This document shows, in pieces, positions 8,722-15,839 of a DNA stretch of 15,839 bases. Source of the stretch: Prevotella sp. (GTDB lineage: Bacteria; Bacteroidota; Bacteroidia; Bacteroidales; Dysgonomonadaceae). The notes beneath the pieces are model-generated. The model was not told the DNA's origin, ran no database searches, and worked only from the letters and a program-made list of their open reading frames with translations. The translations under genes and the position numbers were made by a program. The DNA lies in NCBI GenBank assembly GCA_031285625.1, contig JAITVV010000034.1, positions 1 through 15,839 of the forward strand, read 5' to 3'. Positions within the stretch are counted from its first letter, which is position 1; the number at the start of each line of letters is the position of its first letter.

Positions 8722-10020
8722 GTAGATAATGTGTTGAAAGTCATCAATACAGCGCCACTGCCAAGTACGGGAGCTATGGGTGGACAGATGAGCCATACAT
8801 ATAATTATGATGGTTTGTACCGCTTACAGAGTGCCGCAGGTACATATACCGGGGCGGACAGCAAATCGGCAGGCTACAGTCTGGAAATGGCGTATGATAA
8901 TTTACATAATATCGTATCCAAGAAACAGCATGTACAGCAAAGCGGTATCCAGTTTGACGGAGTGTTGAAAGCGGGTTATAATTTGGCTTACACTTATAAC
9001 AGTGAGAAACCGCATCAGATAGCCAATATCAAGGATGATAACTACCGCACCGAAGGTGATGAATCAAAAGACACGATCAAGAAAGACCATGCCTACCAGT
9101 ACGATGCCAACGGAAACCTTGTCTATGTGAATACCGGACGTGAGAAACAGGACGGAAAGGCGGAAGACAAGGCGCAGGAAAAGAAGTTGCGCTGGGACGA
9201 AGAAAACCGTTTGCAGTCCATCTATACCAATGGCTTTATAGCAGGTTATTGGTATGATGCGGCAGGAGAACGTGTTATCAAAACCAGCGGTGATGACGAA
9301 GGTATTTATGTAAACGATGTATTTAGCGGTGGACGCACAGAAACGGCTGACTTCACGGCATATATTAATCCTTACCTCGTTGTAAGCAAAGGCGGAAGCT
9401 ACACCAAGCATATTTATATCGGTAGCCAACGTATTGTATCCAAGTTAGGCGACCTCGACAGTTACGGGCAAGACCCGAGAAGAATAGAATATGCGGGAAG
9501 TAATGTGGATGGTGCGAAAGTAGACTACGATGCGAAATATGTCGCTTCACAGCAGGCAATCAAGGATAATTATGCTACCTTTGCAGTACCGTATTATGGC
9601 AAGGACAACGATGACTATGTGAATGGACAAGGCTTTTGTTGTGATAACACGCCAAGATTGAAATCATTTGATCCAAGCCAAAACGATAATCCTGAAATGT
9701 ATCAATACTATTATCATAGCGACCATTTGGGCAGTAGCTCTTTGATAACGAATTTGGATGGAGAGGTTGTTCAGCATATCGAATATGTGCCATTCGGTGA
9801 AGTCTTTATCGAGGAAAGGAATAATACATGGAATACGCCATATTTGTTTAATGCTAAGGAATTGGATGAAGAGACGGGGTTGTACTACTATGGGGCACGA
9901 TATTATGATCCGAGAACCTCAATTTGGCTGTCTACCGACCCGTTGCAGGAAACTACTCCAAATATTTCAACTTATACTTATACTGCTTTAAATCCTATTA
10001 AATATGTTGATCCAGATGGT
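8722..10020 (+). repeat. Direct repeat copy 2 (orphan Rhs core, 1299 bp)
   Basis: GTAGATAATGTGTTGAAAGTCATCAATACAGCGCCACTGCCAAGT...GATCCAGATGGT; translation nearly identical to the main gene core, offset 2811 bp. Confidence 0.95.
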
Positions 10021-10287
10021 AGAAGTACATATGTTACCTTGAACTCAGATGGTACATATAAAGTTGTAGGAGGCAATCTTAATGATAAAGATCGGAACAT
10101 ATACCTTCTTAAAGAAGGCAAAGACGGCAAAATTGAAAAATCTAGCATCGGGCAATCTGTTACTATGTATTCATTCTATAATCAGACTAAGGATGAAAAT
10201 GGGAATGAATATAGTCTTCATAAGAACATGATGGATGTGTCACGGCAAAGTCATTTATGGAAGACAACTCTCTTTTCAAGTTGTTAA
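8722..10287 (+). pseudogene. Orphan Rhs core plus truncated alternative C-terminal domain
   Basis: Homology starts right after the LRR stop with no own N-terminus (possible GTG 8731 or ATG 8776). After DPDG (ends 10020) a different tip (RSTYVTLNSDGTYKVVGGNLNDKDRNIY...) appears to break off near 10210; the last ~24 codons are the antisense of an unrelated fragment. No immunity ORF follows. Confidence 0.8.
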
Positions 10288-10366
10288 TATAGGGTATCCC
10301 ATATTCTTGAGCCTCCAGATATGCCACGAGACCGCCACTCCGTTGTAGAATGTTGTGAATGCTCAT
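10187..10366 (-). pseudogene. 5' fragment of a probable tyrosine recombinase/integrase (N-terminal SAM-like region)
   Basis: MSIHNILQRSGGLVAYLEAQEYGIPYINNLKRELSSINDFAVTHPSCSYEDY resembles integrase N-termini (L.AY.E..GY...YI....RE....SYED.). It has an AT-rich leader and a consensus promoter upstream, and runs into the orphan Rhs at ~10210. Family call from memory, not searched. Confidence 0.45.
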
Positions 10367-10392
10367 TGTGCAATATTTTTGGTTATACATGG

Positions 10393-10423
10393 CAAAAATA
10401 ATCACAACTTAGGAACATTCAAA
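10393..10423 (-). promoter_or_regulatory. Bacteroidetes primary-sigma promoter (-33 TTTG, 19 nt, -7 TATTTTTG)
   Basis: Plus strand CAAAAATA (10393-10400) and CAAA (10420-10423) read TTTG-N19-TAnnTTTG on the minus strand, 27 nt upstream of ATG 10366. Confidence 0.7.
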
Positions 10424-10478
10424 ACTCTGATAAATAGGAGGTTTCTATGTCTATTTGACTTATGGATGAGTTGGGATA

Positions 10479-10512
10479 ACCACCGTAATCACAAATTTGT
10501 GATTACTGTGGT
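10479..10512. repeat. Palindrome: perfect 22-bp core GTAATCACAAATTTGTGATTAC (10485-10506), 34 bp with one mismatched pair
   Basis: Read directly: accac-c-gtaatcacaaatttgtgattac-t-gtggt. Confidence 0.92.
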
Positions 10513-10523
10513 GTGAGAGGTCA

Positions 10524-10551
10524 AAACGGGAATTAATCCCGTTTCTCCTAC
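10524..10551 (-). repeat. GTAG-type REP-like hairpin (could also act as a terminator)
   Basis: AAACGGGA-attaa-TCCCGTTT (8-bp stem, 10524-10544) followed by CTCCTAC, i.e. GTAG-GAG-hairpin on the minus strand. Confidence 0.5.
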
Positions 10552-10739
10552 TCGATTATTGGCTTGCCCCTACGAATGTCTATTCTCGCATCTTTAAATT
10601 ATTCTTAAGCTGATTGAGGGGAATTGCGCCATTCTTATATTACAGGGTTCTTACTAATGTAAAGGCATATCGGATACTCCGAAACTAATGCGTATATCAT
10701 TAAGGAAAGTGCCGGTAAAAGTATCAGTTAGCAGCAGGC

Positions 10740-11633
10740 TTATTTTAGCGAATCCCTATCTCTTAGCCGGTATTTTGCAGGGGTCATTCCGGTATGCTTG
10801 CGGAAAAATTTAATGAAGTAAGTAAAATCGAAACCCAGTTCGAGGGCAATCTCTCCTTGGCTAAGCGTCGTATTTTCCAACAGCCGGATAGCTTCCGTCA
10901 GTATTTTCTCATTGATATACTTTTTAACAGAAATCCCATATACCGAGGAAACGGCTTCTGCCAACTTTTTTTCAGATATGCCCAGTTCCTTTGCATAGAA
11001 CCCGACCTGCTTTTGTTTCCGGTAATGCATGTCCAGCAGTATCTTGAACTGCCGGACTTCTTCTTCATGCGTGCAATTCTGCCCGGTGGGGAACCCGAAC
11101 CGTTGCTGCCGGGACAGGTATTCTCTTTCCAATGTTATCAGCAGGTTATGCAGCCAATTACGCAACAGTATCAACTCAGTTTCCGTCCCTTTGCCTGTTT
11201 TTGTTTTCATCAGTGAGAGGTAAGCTTCCACGCACGCTTTAAAACAGTCATTTTGTGGGTTTATAATTGCATAATCGCAGCGAAAGAGGGAACATCCGCT
11301 CAGGAATTCTATCTTTTCTTTCGTACTGCCGAAAAAAGTATCATTGAAAAGGATAACATCGCCATTACATTTTTGCCTGGAGAATTTATGCAGGATATTC
11401 TGGTTTATAACCAGCAGGCTATTATGCCTGATCCTTACCCTTTTATTATAACCGACATAATGGAAATTATCTTCACCCCTGTACCGGAAAACATGATAAA
11501 AAACAGTCCGGTGGTAGTGGTAAAGGGCTTCCTGCGAATGTACCTGCCGGTATAGTTCGTCGAAAGAGTAAGCTTTGATTCCCTGCGAATCCAGTAATTC
11601 CTCCCAGCTGTAACGGGGCATATCAGTAACCAT
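10740..11633 (-). CDS. AraC-family transcriptional regulator
   Basis: C-terminal AraC double HTH: KQVGFYAKELGISEKKL...EAIRLLENTTLSQGEIALELGFDFTYFIKFFRKHTGMTPAKYR. Cupin-like N-terminal part (HYHRTVFYHVF). Start probably ATG 11633 (alternatives 11621, TTG 11639), overlapping the upstream gene stop. Confidence 0.92.
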   Translation of the reverse strand: MVTDMPRYSWEELLDSQGIKAYSFDELYRQVHSQEALYHYHRTVFYHVFRYRGEDNFHYVGYNKRVRIRHNSLLVINQNILHKFSRQKCNGDVILFNDTFFGSTKEKIEFLSGCSLFRCDYAIINPQNDCFKACVEAYLSLMKTKTGKGTETELILLRNWLHNLLITLEREYLSRQQRFGFPTGQNCTHEEEVRQFKILLDMHYRKQKQVGFYAKELGISEKKLAEAVSSVYGISVKKYINEKILTEAIRLLENTTLSQGEIALELGFDFTYFIKFFRKHTGMTPAKYRLRDRDSLK

Positions 11634-12459
11634 TTTCAATTTCGTTTATTATTTCCCGGTAGCTTATCCTTAAATCTTTCGGGTGCATCCCTTTCCCGTG
11701 GGAAAAAAAACGGATGAAATCAGACACATCATAATCGAGTTCATGGGCGATCCGCGTAATGCTTTTATTACCGAATACCAGTAGCTTCATAGCCTCTATC
11801 AGGATCCGGTTCGTCAATATTTCCCGGAATGTTTTATTATAGATAAGTTGCAATGATTTCCTCAACATTTTTTCAGTTATGCCTATCCTGCCTGCATAAA
11901 AGTTTATTTTCTTTTCCCTGACGGCATAGTTGTCTATAAGTCCCATAAATTGCAACGCGTGATTTAACAGGTGGCCCGATTTAAGCTGCCCTTCGTAATT
12001 TACCGCCGAAGAAAGCAACACCATGTTTACCAGCAAATTCCTTAATGCCGGCGCCCGCATATCATCGTGTTGGGAACAATACTCCATGTATAATAAATCC
12101 ATGCATTTCTTCTGTTCCCCATTGAGATACCCCATATCGATAATACCCTCCGGCCGGACGTGGGAAAAAGACAGCTTTAATAAAGCCTTATGTTCGTTCA
12201 ATGTAAAAAACGCTTCGGCTATTATAATCACATAACCTTTCAAATATAAGCGGTAATATACCGGTATCAGGTATGGGTCTACCAGCAGTACCGAATCATC
12301 CCGGAGATGAAGGGCTTCTCTTGTCCCGGCCGATAAATCCTGCATGCATTTTTCAACGTATAGCCCGTAATATAAAGAAGCGTCATCCATATGAGCCGAA
12401 TAAAACCGGTACAAATCCCGGCTATCCAGCGGAAATATCCAACATTTCATATCATTCAT
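11623..12459 (-). CDS. AraC-family transcriptional regulator (divergent)
   Basis: C-terminal HTH: KKINFYAGRIGITEKML...LIEAMKLLVFGNKSITRIAHELDYDVSDFIRFFSHGKGMHPKDLR. Confidence 0.88.
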   Translation of the reverse strand: MNDMKCWIFPLDSRDLYRFYSAHMDDASLYYGLYVEKCMQDLSAGTREALHLRDDSVLLVDPYLIPVYYRLYLKGYVIIIAEAFFTLNEHKALLKLSFSHVRPEGIIDMGYLNGEQKKCMDLLYMEYCSQHDDMRAPALRNLLVNMVLLSSAVNYEGQLKSGHLLNHALQFMGLIDNYAVREKKINFYAGRIGITEKMLRKSLQLIYNKTFREILTNRILIEAMKLLVFGNKSITRIAHELDYDVSDFIRFFSHGKGMHPKDLRISYREIINEIENGY

Positions 12460-12689
12460 GTTTCGTGTTACCTGTCAATGTCAGAGAAGCAGGCAAGCCC
12501 GTGAAAATAAAAATACATTCGCAAAAGATAAATGCCCCGTTCTGTGGCTTTTACCGTAATCAGGTATTGTTTCCCGTAAAATAACAACACTAAGTACTGA
12601 ATTGAAATTAGTTTATACTATATGAGTTTTTATAAATACTGATAATCAGATGTATACTTGAAAAAATAATATAAACAAATTCGCACCCT

Positions 12690-12733
12690 GTACTGACTTT
12701 GTTGCAATAAGTAATGCAAGGTACTGAGCTTTG
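12690..12733. promoter_or_regulatory. Candidate operator: direct repeat GTACTGA(G)CTTTG x2 flanking inverted TTGCA-N8-TGCAA
   Basis: GTACTGACTTTG at 12690 and GTACTGAGCTTTG at 12721 (31-bp spacing); TTGCAATAAGTAATGCAA at 12702-12719; a third GTACTGA at 12594. Lies upstream of the AraC pair. Function is inferred. Confidence 0.4.
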
Positions 12734-12837
12734 CCGGTTTCACAAAATAACAAGGGAAGTCCCTGCTTTCTGTAGGTGCACAGTGGTAAAGAGTGAAAAA
12801 TCGATATCTTATGTATATTTATCTAAAAATGTATCTG

Positions 12838-14850
12838 TCAAGGTGTATTTATTCCGTTAAACTCAGCCTGATTAATAGCCCAAGCCATCATGTTGGCAAA
12901 GAGACGGGAATTTTCAACATTACCCGTTCCTCCACCGGTCGTCGTCCATCCCGTTCGTGTTATAGGCTTATATGTCGTAACCTCTATCGCAAAAGGATAA
13001 GTAGTGGAACTGGCTCCTGTTGCATTCGGGCCGGTATTTCCCCTGCTGGGATTAGCAAGAATTCCTCCTTCGCCATTATAAATAAAGTTAATGTTTGGAT
13101 CTCTAAAGAAAATAAGATTTCCGTTTGACGCTTTACTATATACAATCAGATTTGCAGCTGTAAGCCCAAGTACAGAACGCACGTCACCACAGTCTCCTCC
13201 CCAAAACAGGCCTCTCAAGTCCCCGAACGGACCGTTTATAATAGGATCATTTGCAGATCCGGGAGTGTTCGGAAGTCTGGGATTATAAATGGTGGTTAGA
13301 GGTGTAGTTATAACAGTGGCGACATCATCATATAACGCCCTGATAAATAAATAATCATAATCGTGTTGGTCGAGCATGAGTAGAACGCCTTTATTGTTCA
13401 CATAGTTTTTTACCGCTTGGATAAATTGTGCTGAAAGGCCTGCATTCCAGTGAAAATAATAACCTATAATGACAATATCAGGTTTACTGTTTATTGCGTC
13501 AATCATAGACTGATTTGGAGAGCCTATGATGACAGTTGATTCATACCCCTCACACTTAACGGTACTATAGTCTTCCGTACCGAAATTATAAAGAGATGTG
13601 AGTACCTTGTTTGCCCCGGAGCCTCCATTTGTCGGCTGTGCCAGATAACCCGGTGAAGTGTCGACCGAGCCTATATGTAATATTTTTTTCTTGGGAATAG
13701 CCACGATAACGGTCGCTTTACAGGTAGCTGTGGTTTTTTTACTGTTCGTTGTTATAATAAATTCTTTTTTGTCCACGCTGTTCGGGATTCCATATCCCTG
13801 CAGTTTTACAGTCTGGCTCAAGCTTGTCAATATGCCTTGTCCTTTGAAATATATACCATCTATAGTATTGGTCCCGATAACGTATGTGGATCCCGCAACA
13901 CTGTTCCAGTCGGCAGCGTCAATGTTTAATACAATTTCAATATAGTTGGCAAGAGGATTAAGCTCCCGGTCAAGCACATATGTGCCATGTGTCTTTATAC
14001 TGCCGCAATCCATCCTGAACAGGGGCTTCCTGGATGAATCTTCTACTTTTATTTTTTTCTCACAAAGCGTACCGTCTTGCTTTGTCAGCGGCTTATTATT
14101 CATTGTGACAGTCAGTGCGTCACCCGGATTGCCGGTAGGTGTAAGCCAAAACGGTGTTCCACTTCCCGGAATTGTAATGACATATATACCCTTTTCCATA
14201 AATACTCCTGATGCGATAAAGAAATAACCGTTTGTTTTGCTACCGTCGCCCGCATAGCCTGGAATAGCGGTAATTGTATACGCTCCGGGTTTGGTTATCT
14301 CCAGCTTTATTGATAAATAGTTGGAAGCGTCCAGTGGAACGGCGTCACTGTTTGACGGTGTATTTGGATACACGTCAGGCGATTTATAGTATCCGAAGAC
14401 TTCAAAATCAGCACAGTCCACTATATGGCCGGTTGCATTCCCCATCTTGTTCTGAAGGCAGTTCCATTGTTCCCCGTCCCACTGGTTCAGGCCCGGGCAT
14501 AAATCTTTACTATCGTCTTCGGCCAGGTTATAAACAATAAGCCCGGCATGTTTTTCCCTCAATGAATTCGTATTGTTTACAAATTCCGGGTCATCAACCG
14601 GAATGAAGGGTTCAAGAGTCTTTGTATTCACAAGTTTTACGCGCGGTAATAACAAGCCTCCGTCACTCTTTCCTGCGGTTATATTGGTGTCATCGTCTAC
14701 AGAAGGAACAGTACCGGCAGCTTGTTTTACTTTCAGATCCAGCAATGCTGCGCGTGTCGGCGGAATGCCCGATCCGATAGTTACCTGTGCCTGTATATTC
14801 AGTGTAAGGATGTATAACGTAACCGTACAGATTAACAATGCTTTTTTCAT
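12838..14850 (-). CDS. Secreted modular protein (670 aa): signal peptide, conserved Bacteroidetes QVTIG...LLLPRV...WDG N-terminal domain, two beta-rich repeats, alpha/beta C-terminal domain (class I GATase/ThuA-like pattern)
   Basis: SPI-type signal MKKALLICTVTLYILTLNIQA|Q. Motifs AALLDLK, GGLLLPRVKL, GLIVYNL, CPGLNQWDGEQWNCL. Repeats at aa ~139-270 and ~276-384. C-terminal KKILHIG...PDIVIIGY...VKNYVNNKGVLLML...FANMMAWAI. Confidence 0.88.
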   Translation of the reverse strand: MKKALLICTVTLYILTLNIQAQVTIGSGIPPTRAALLDLKVKQAAGTVPSVDDDTNITAGKSDGGLLLPRVKLVNTKTLEPFIPVDDPEFVNNTNSLREKHAGLIVYNLAEDDSKDLCPGLNQWDGEQWNCLQNKMGNATGHIVDCADFEVFGYYKSPDVYPNTPSNSDAVPLDASNYLSIKLEITKPGAYTITAIPGYAGDGSKTNGYFFIASGVFMEKGIYVITIPGSGTPFWLTPTGNPGDALTVTMNNKPLTKQDGTLCEKKIKVEDSSRKPLFRMDCGSIKTHGTYVLDRELNPLANYIEIVLNIDAADWNSVAGSTYVIGTNTIDGIYFKGQGILTSLSQTVKLQGYGIPNSVDKKEFIITTNSKKTTATCKATVIVAIPKKKILHIGSVDTSPGYLAQPTNGGSGANKVLTSLYNFGTEDYSTVKCEGYESTVIIGSPNQSMIDAINSKPDIVIIGYYFHWNAGLSAQFIQAVKNYVNNKGVLLMLDQHDYDYLFIRALYDDVATVITTPLTTIYNPRLPNTPGSANDPIINGPFGDLRGLFWGGDCGDVRSVLGLTAANLIVYSKASNGNLIFFRDPNINFIYNGEGGILANPSRGNTGPNATGASSTTYPFAIEVTTYKPITRTGWTTTGGGTGNVENSRLFANMMAWAINQAEFNGINTP

Positions 14851-14887
14851 TTTTATTATTTATTGTTGATAATATAAGTTTAAGATA

Positions 14888-14895
14888 CAAAATTA
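14888..14895 (-). promoter_or_regulatory. Putative -7 element (TAATTTTG) of the 670-aa gene promoter
   Basis: CAAAATTA on the plus strand, 38 nt upstream of ATG 14850; only a weak -33 (TTG at 14918-14920). Confidence 0.45.
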
Positions 14896-14964
14896 TATTG
14901 CACGGGCTTCCTTGACACAATAAGTTCATCTCAAAATATAGTCCGTTTTTCTTTTTTAATAGTA

Positions 14965-14991
14965 AAAACAGACAAAAAAGCAGTCTGTTTT
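14965..14991. repeat. Inverted repeat AAAACAGAC-N9-GTCTGTTTT in the divergent intergenic region
   Basis: 9-bp perfect arms read directly from the sequence. Confidence 0.6.
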
Positions 14992-15108
14992 CTTTCGAGA
15001 TATTAAGAAGCTGTTCAAGCTTTTCTTCTTGCTCTTATTTTAATGACAATTATCTTAACTATCATTAAAATAATTCTTCCGGATAATGCGAGATTAAATA
15101 ACTTATCT

Positions 15109-15116
15109 TATTTTTG
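15109..15116 (+). promoter_or_regulatory. Putative -7 element (TATTTTTG) of the ATPase promoter
   Basis: Matches TAnnTTTG, 43 nt upstream of ATG 15159; no clear -33. Confidence 0.5.
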
Positions 15117-15158
15117 TAATTACTATTAAGATAATATGCATATTAAACAATATAAAAT

Positions 15159-15839
15159 ATGAAGTTTTATAACAGGATAAAGGAGTTAGAGATATTGGCC
15201 CGTACATTAGAGCAATCGAAGAAAAGTTCTTGCTTTACAGTTATGGTCGGTCGCCGCCGTATCGGTAAGACTTCCCTTTTACTGGAATCTGTAAAAGGGC
15301 AGAAATATCTTTACCTGTTTGTGTCACGTAAAAGCGAACCGCTTCTTTGCGAGCAGCTCCAAAAAGATGCGGCAGATGCTTTAGGGCTACAGATTTTTGG
15401 GGCTATTAGCCGGTTTAAGGATCTTTTTGAGCAGTTATTGATTTTCGCTACAAAAGAACATTATACACTTATCATTGATGAATTTCAGGAATTCGATAAT
15501 GTGAATCCATCTATATTCAGTGATGTTCAGAATCTATGGGATCAGTATAAAGACAAGACTAAAATCAATTTTATTGCTTCCGGTTCTATTTATTCGATGA
15601 TGATGAAAATTTTTGAGAACAGGAAAGAACCGTTATTCGGCCGGCTTACCTCAAAAATAACGTTGCAACCTTTCGCTGTTAGGGTAATAAAAGAAATACT
15701 GAATGATTATAACCCGGAATATACACCGGAAGATTTTTTATGCCTCTACATGTTGACAGGTGGAGTTCCTAAATACATTGACCTGCTGATGGAAGCCGGA
15801 GCGGTAACCAAGGATAAAATACTGGATATGGCTACACGC
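15159..15839 (+). CDS. Archaeal-type AAA/P-loop ATPase (ATPase_2 / DUF234-associated family), 3' partial
   Basis: Absent from the ORF track because there is no stop in the window. Own translation MKFYNRIKELEILARTLEQSKKSSCFTVMVGRRRIGKTSLL...; Walker A GRRRIGKT (15249-15272), Walker B LIIDEFQ (from 15468), IASGS, PLFGRL, TGGVPKY. Confidence 0.93.
   Translation, partial: MKFYNRIKELEILARTLEQSKKSSCFTVMVGRRRIGKTSLLLESVKGQKYLYLFVSRKSEPLLCEQLQKDAADALGLQIFGAISRFKDLFEQLLIFATKEHYTLIIDEFQEFDNVNPSIFSDVQNLWDQYKDKTKINFIASGSIYSMMMKIFENRKEPLFGRLTSKITLQPFAVRVIKEILNDYNPEYTPEDFLCLYMLTGGVPKYIDLLMEAGAVTKDKILDMATR

Noticed and set aside
5911-10020. Repeat pair as a diversity-generating retroelement TR/VR
   Set aside because: 1.3 kb long, differences are not adenine-specific, and no reverse transcriptase is in the window.
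10479-10573. Palindromes as a CRISPR array or integron attC array
   Set aside because: The units differ from one another, show no repeat-spacer periodicity, and no cas or intI gene is present.
10670-10682. TCGGA-tac-TCCGA hairpin downstream of the AraC gene as a terminator
   Set aside because: Only a 5-bp stem with a 3-nt loop and no convincing U-tract.
10794-14869. Plus-strand ORFs opposite the AraC and 670-aa genes
   Set aside because: Overlap well-supported minus-strand genes and show no protein-like motifs.

Overview
Bacteroidetes-type accessory region; gene families and TAnnTTTG promoters suggest Bacteroidales, Dysgonomonas-like (inference). The left 10.3 kb is a polymorphic toxin locus: a 5'-truncated (window edge) >2650-aa fused TcB/TcC-like Rhs protein (end of SpvB-like region, six FG-GAP motifs each preceded by a Gly/Ser-rich hairpin-like segment, YD repeats, Rhs core, DPDG site, ~250-aa C-terminal domain with a papain/NlpC-P60-like Cys...His...Gln pattern). 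It is followed by a translationally coupled, signal-peptide-bearing LRR gene (candidate immunity) and an orphan Rhs core (1299-bp diverged direct repeat) whose tip is cut off by an oppositely oriented integrase-like remnant with its own promoter, next to a cluster of palindromes. The right part has two overlapping AraC-family regulators, a 670-aa secreted modular protein and the start of an archaeal-type AAA ATPase (ATPase_2/DUF234-like) that runs off the window. No rRNA, tRNA or CRISPR array was seen. All family assignments are by eye from motifs; no database search was run.
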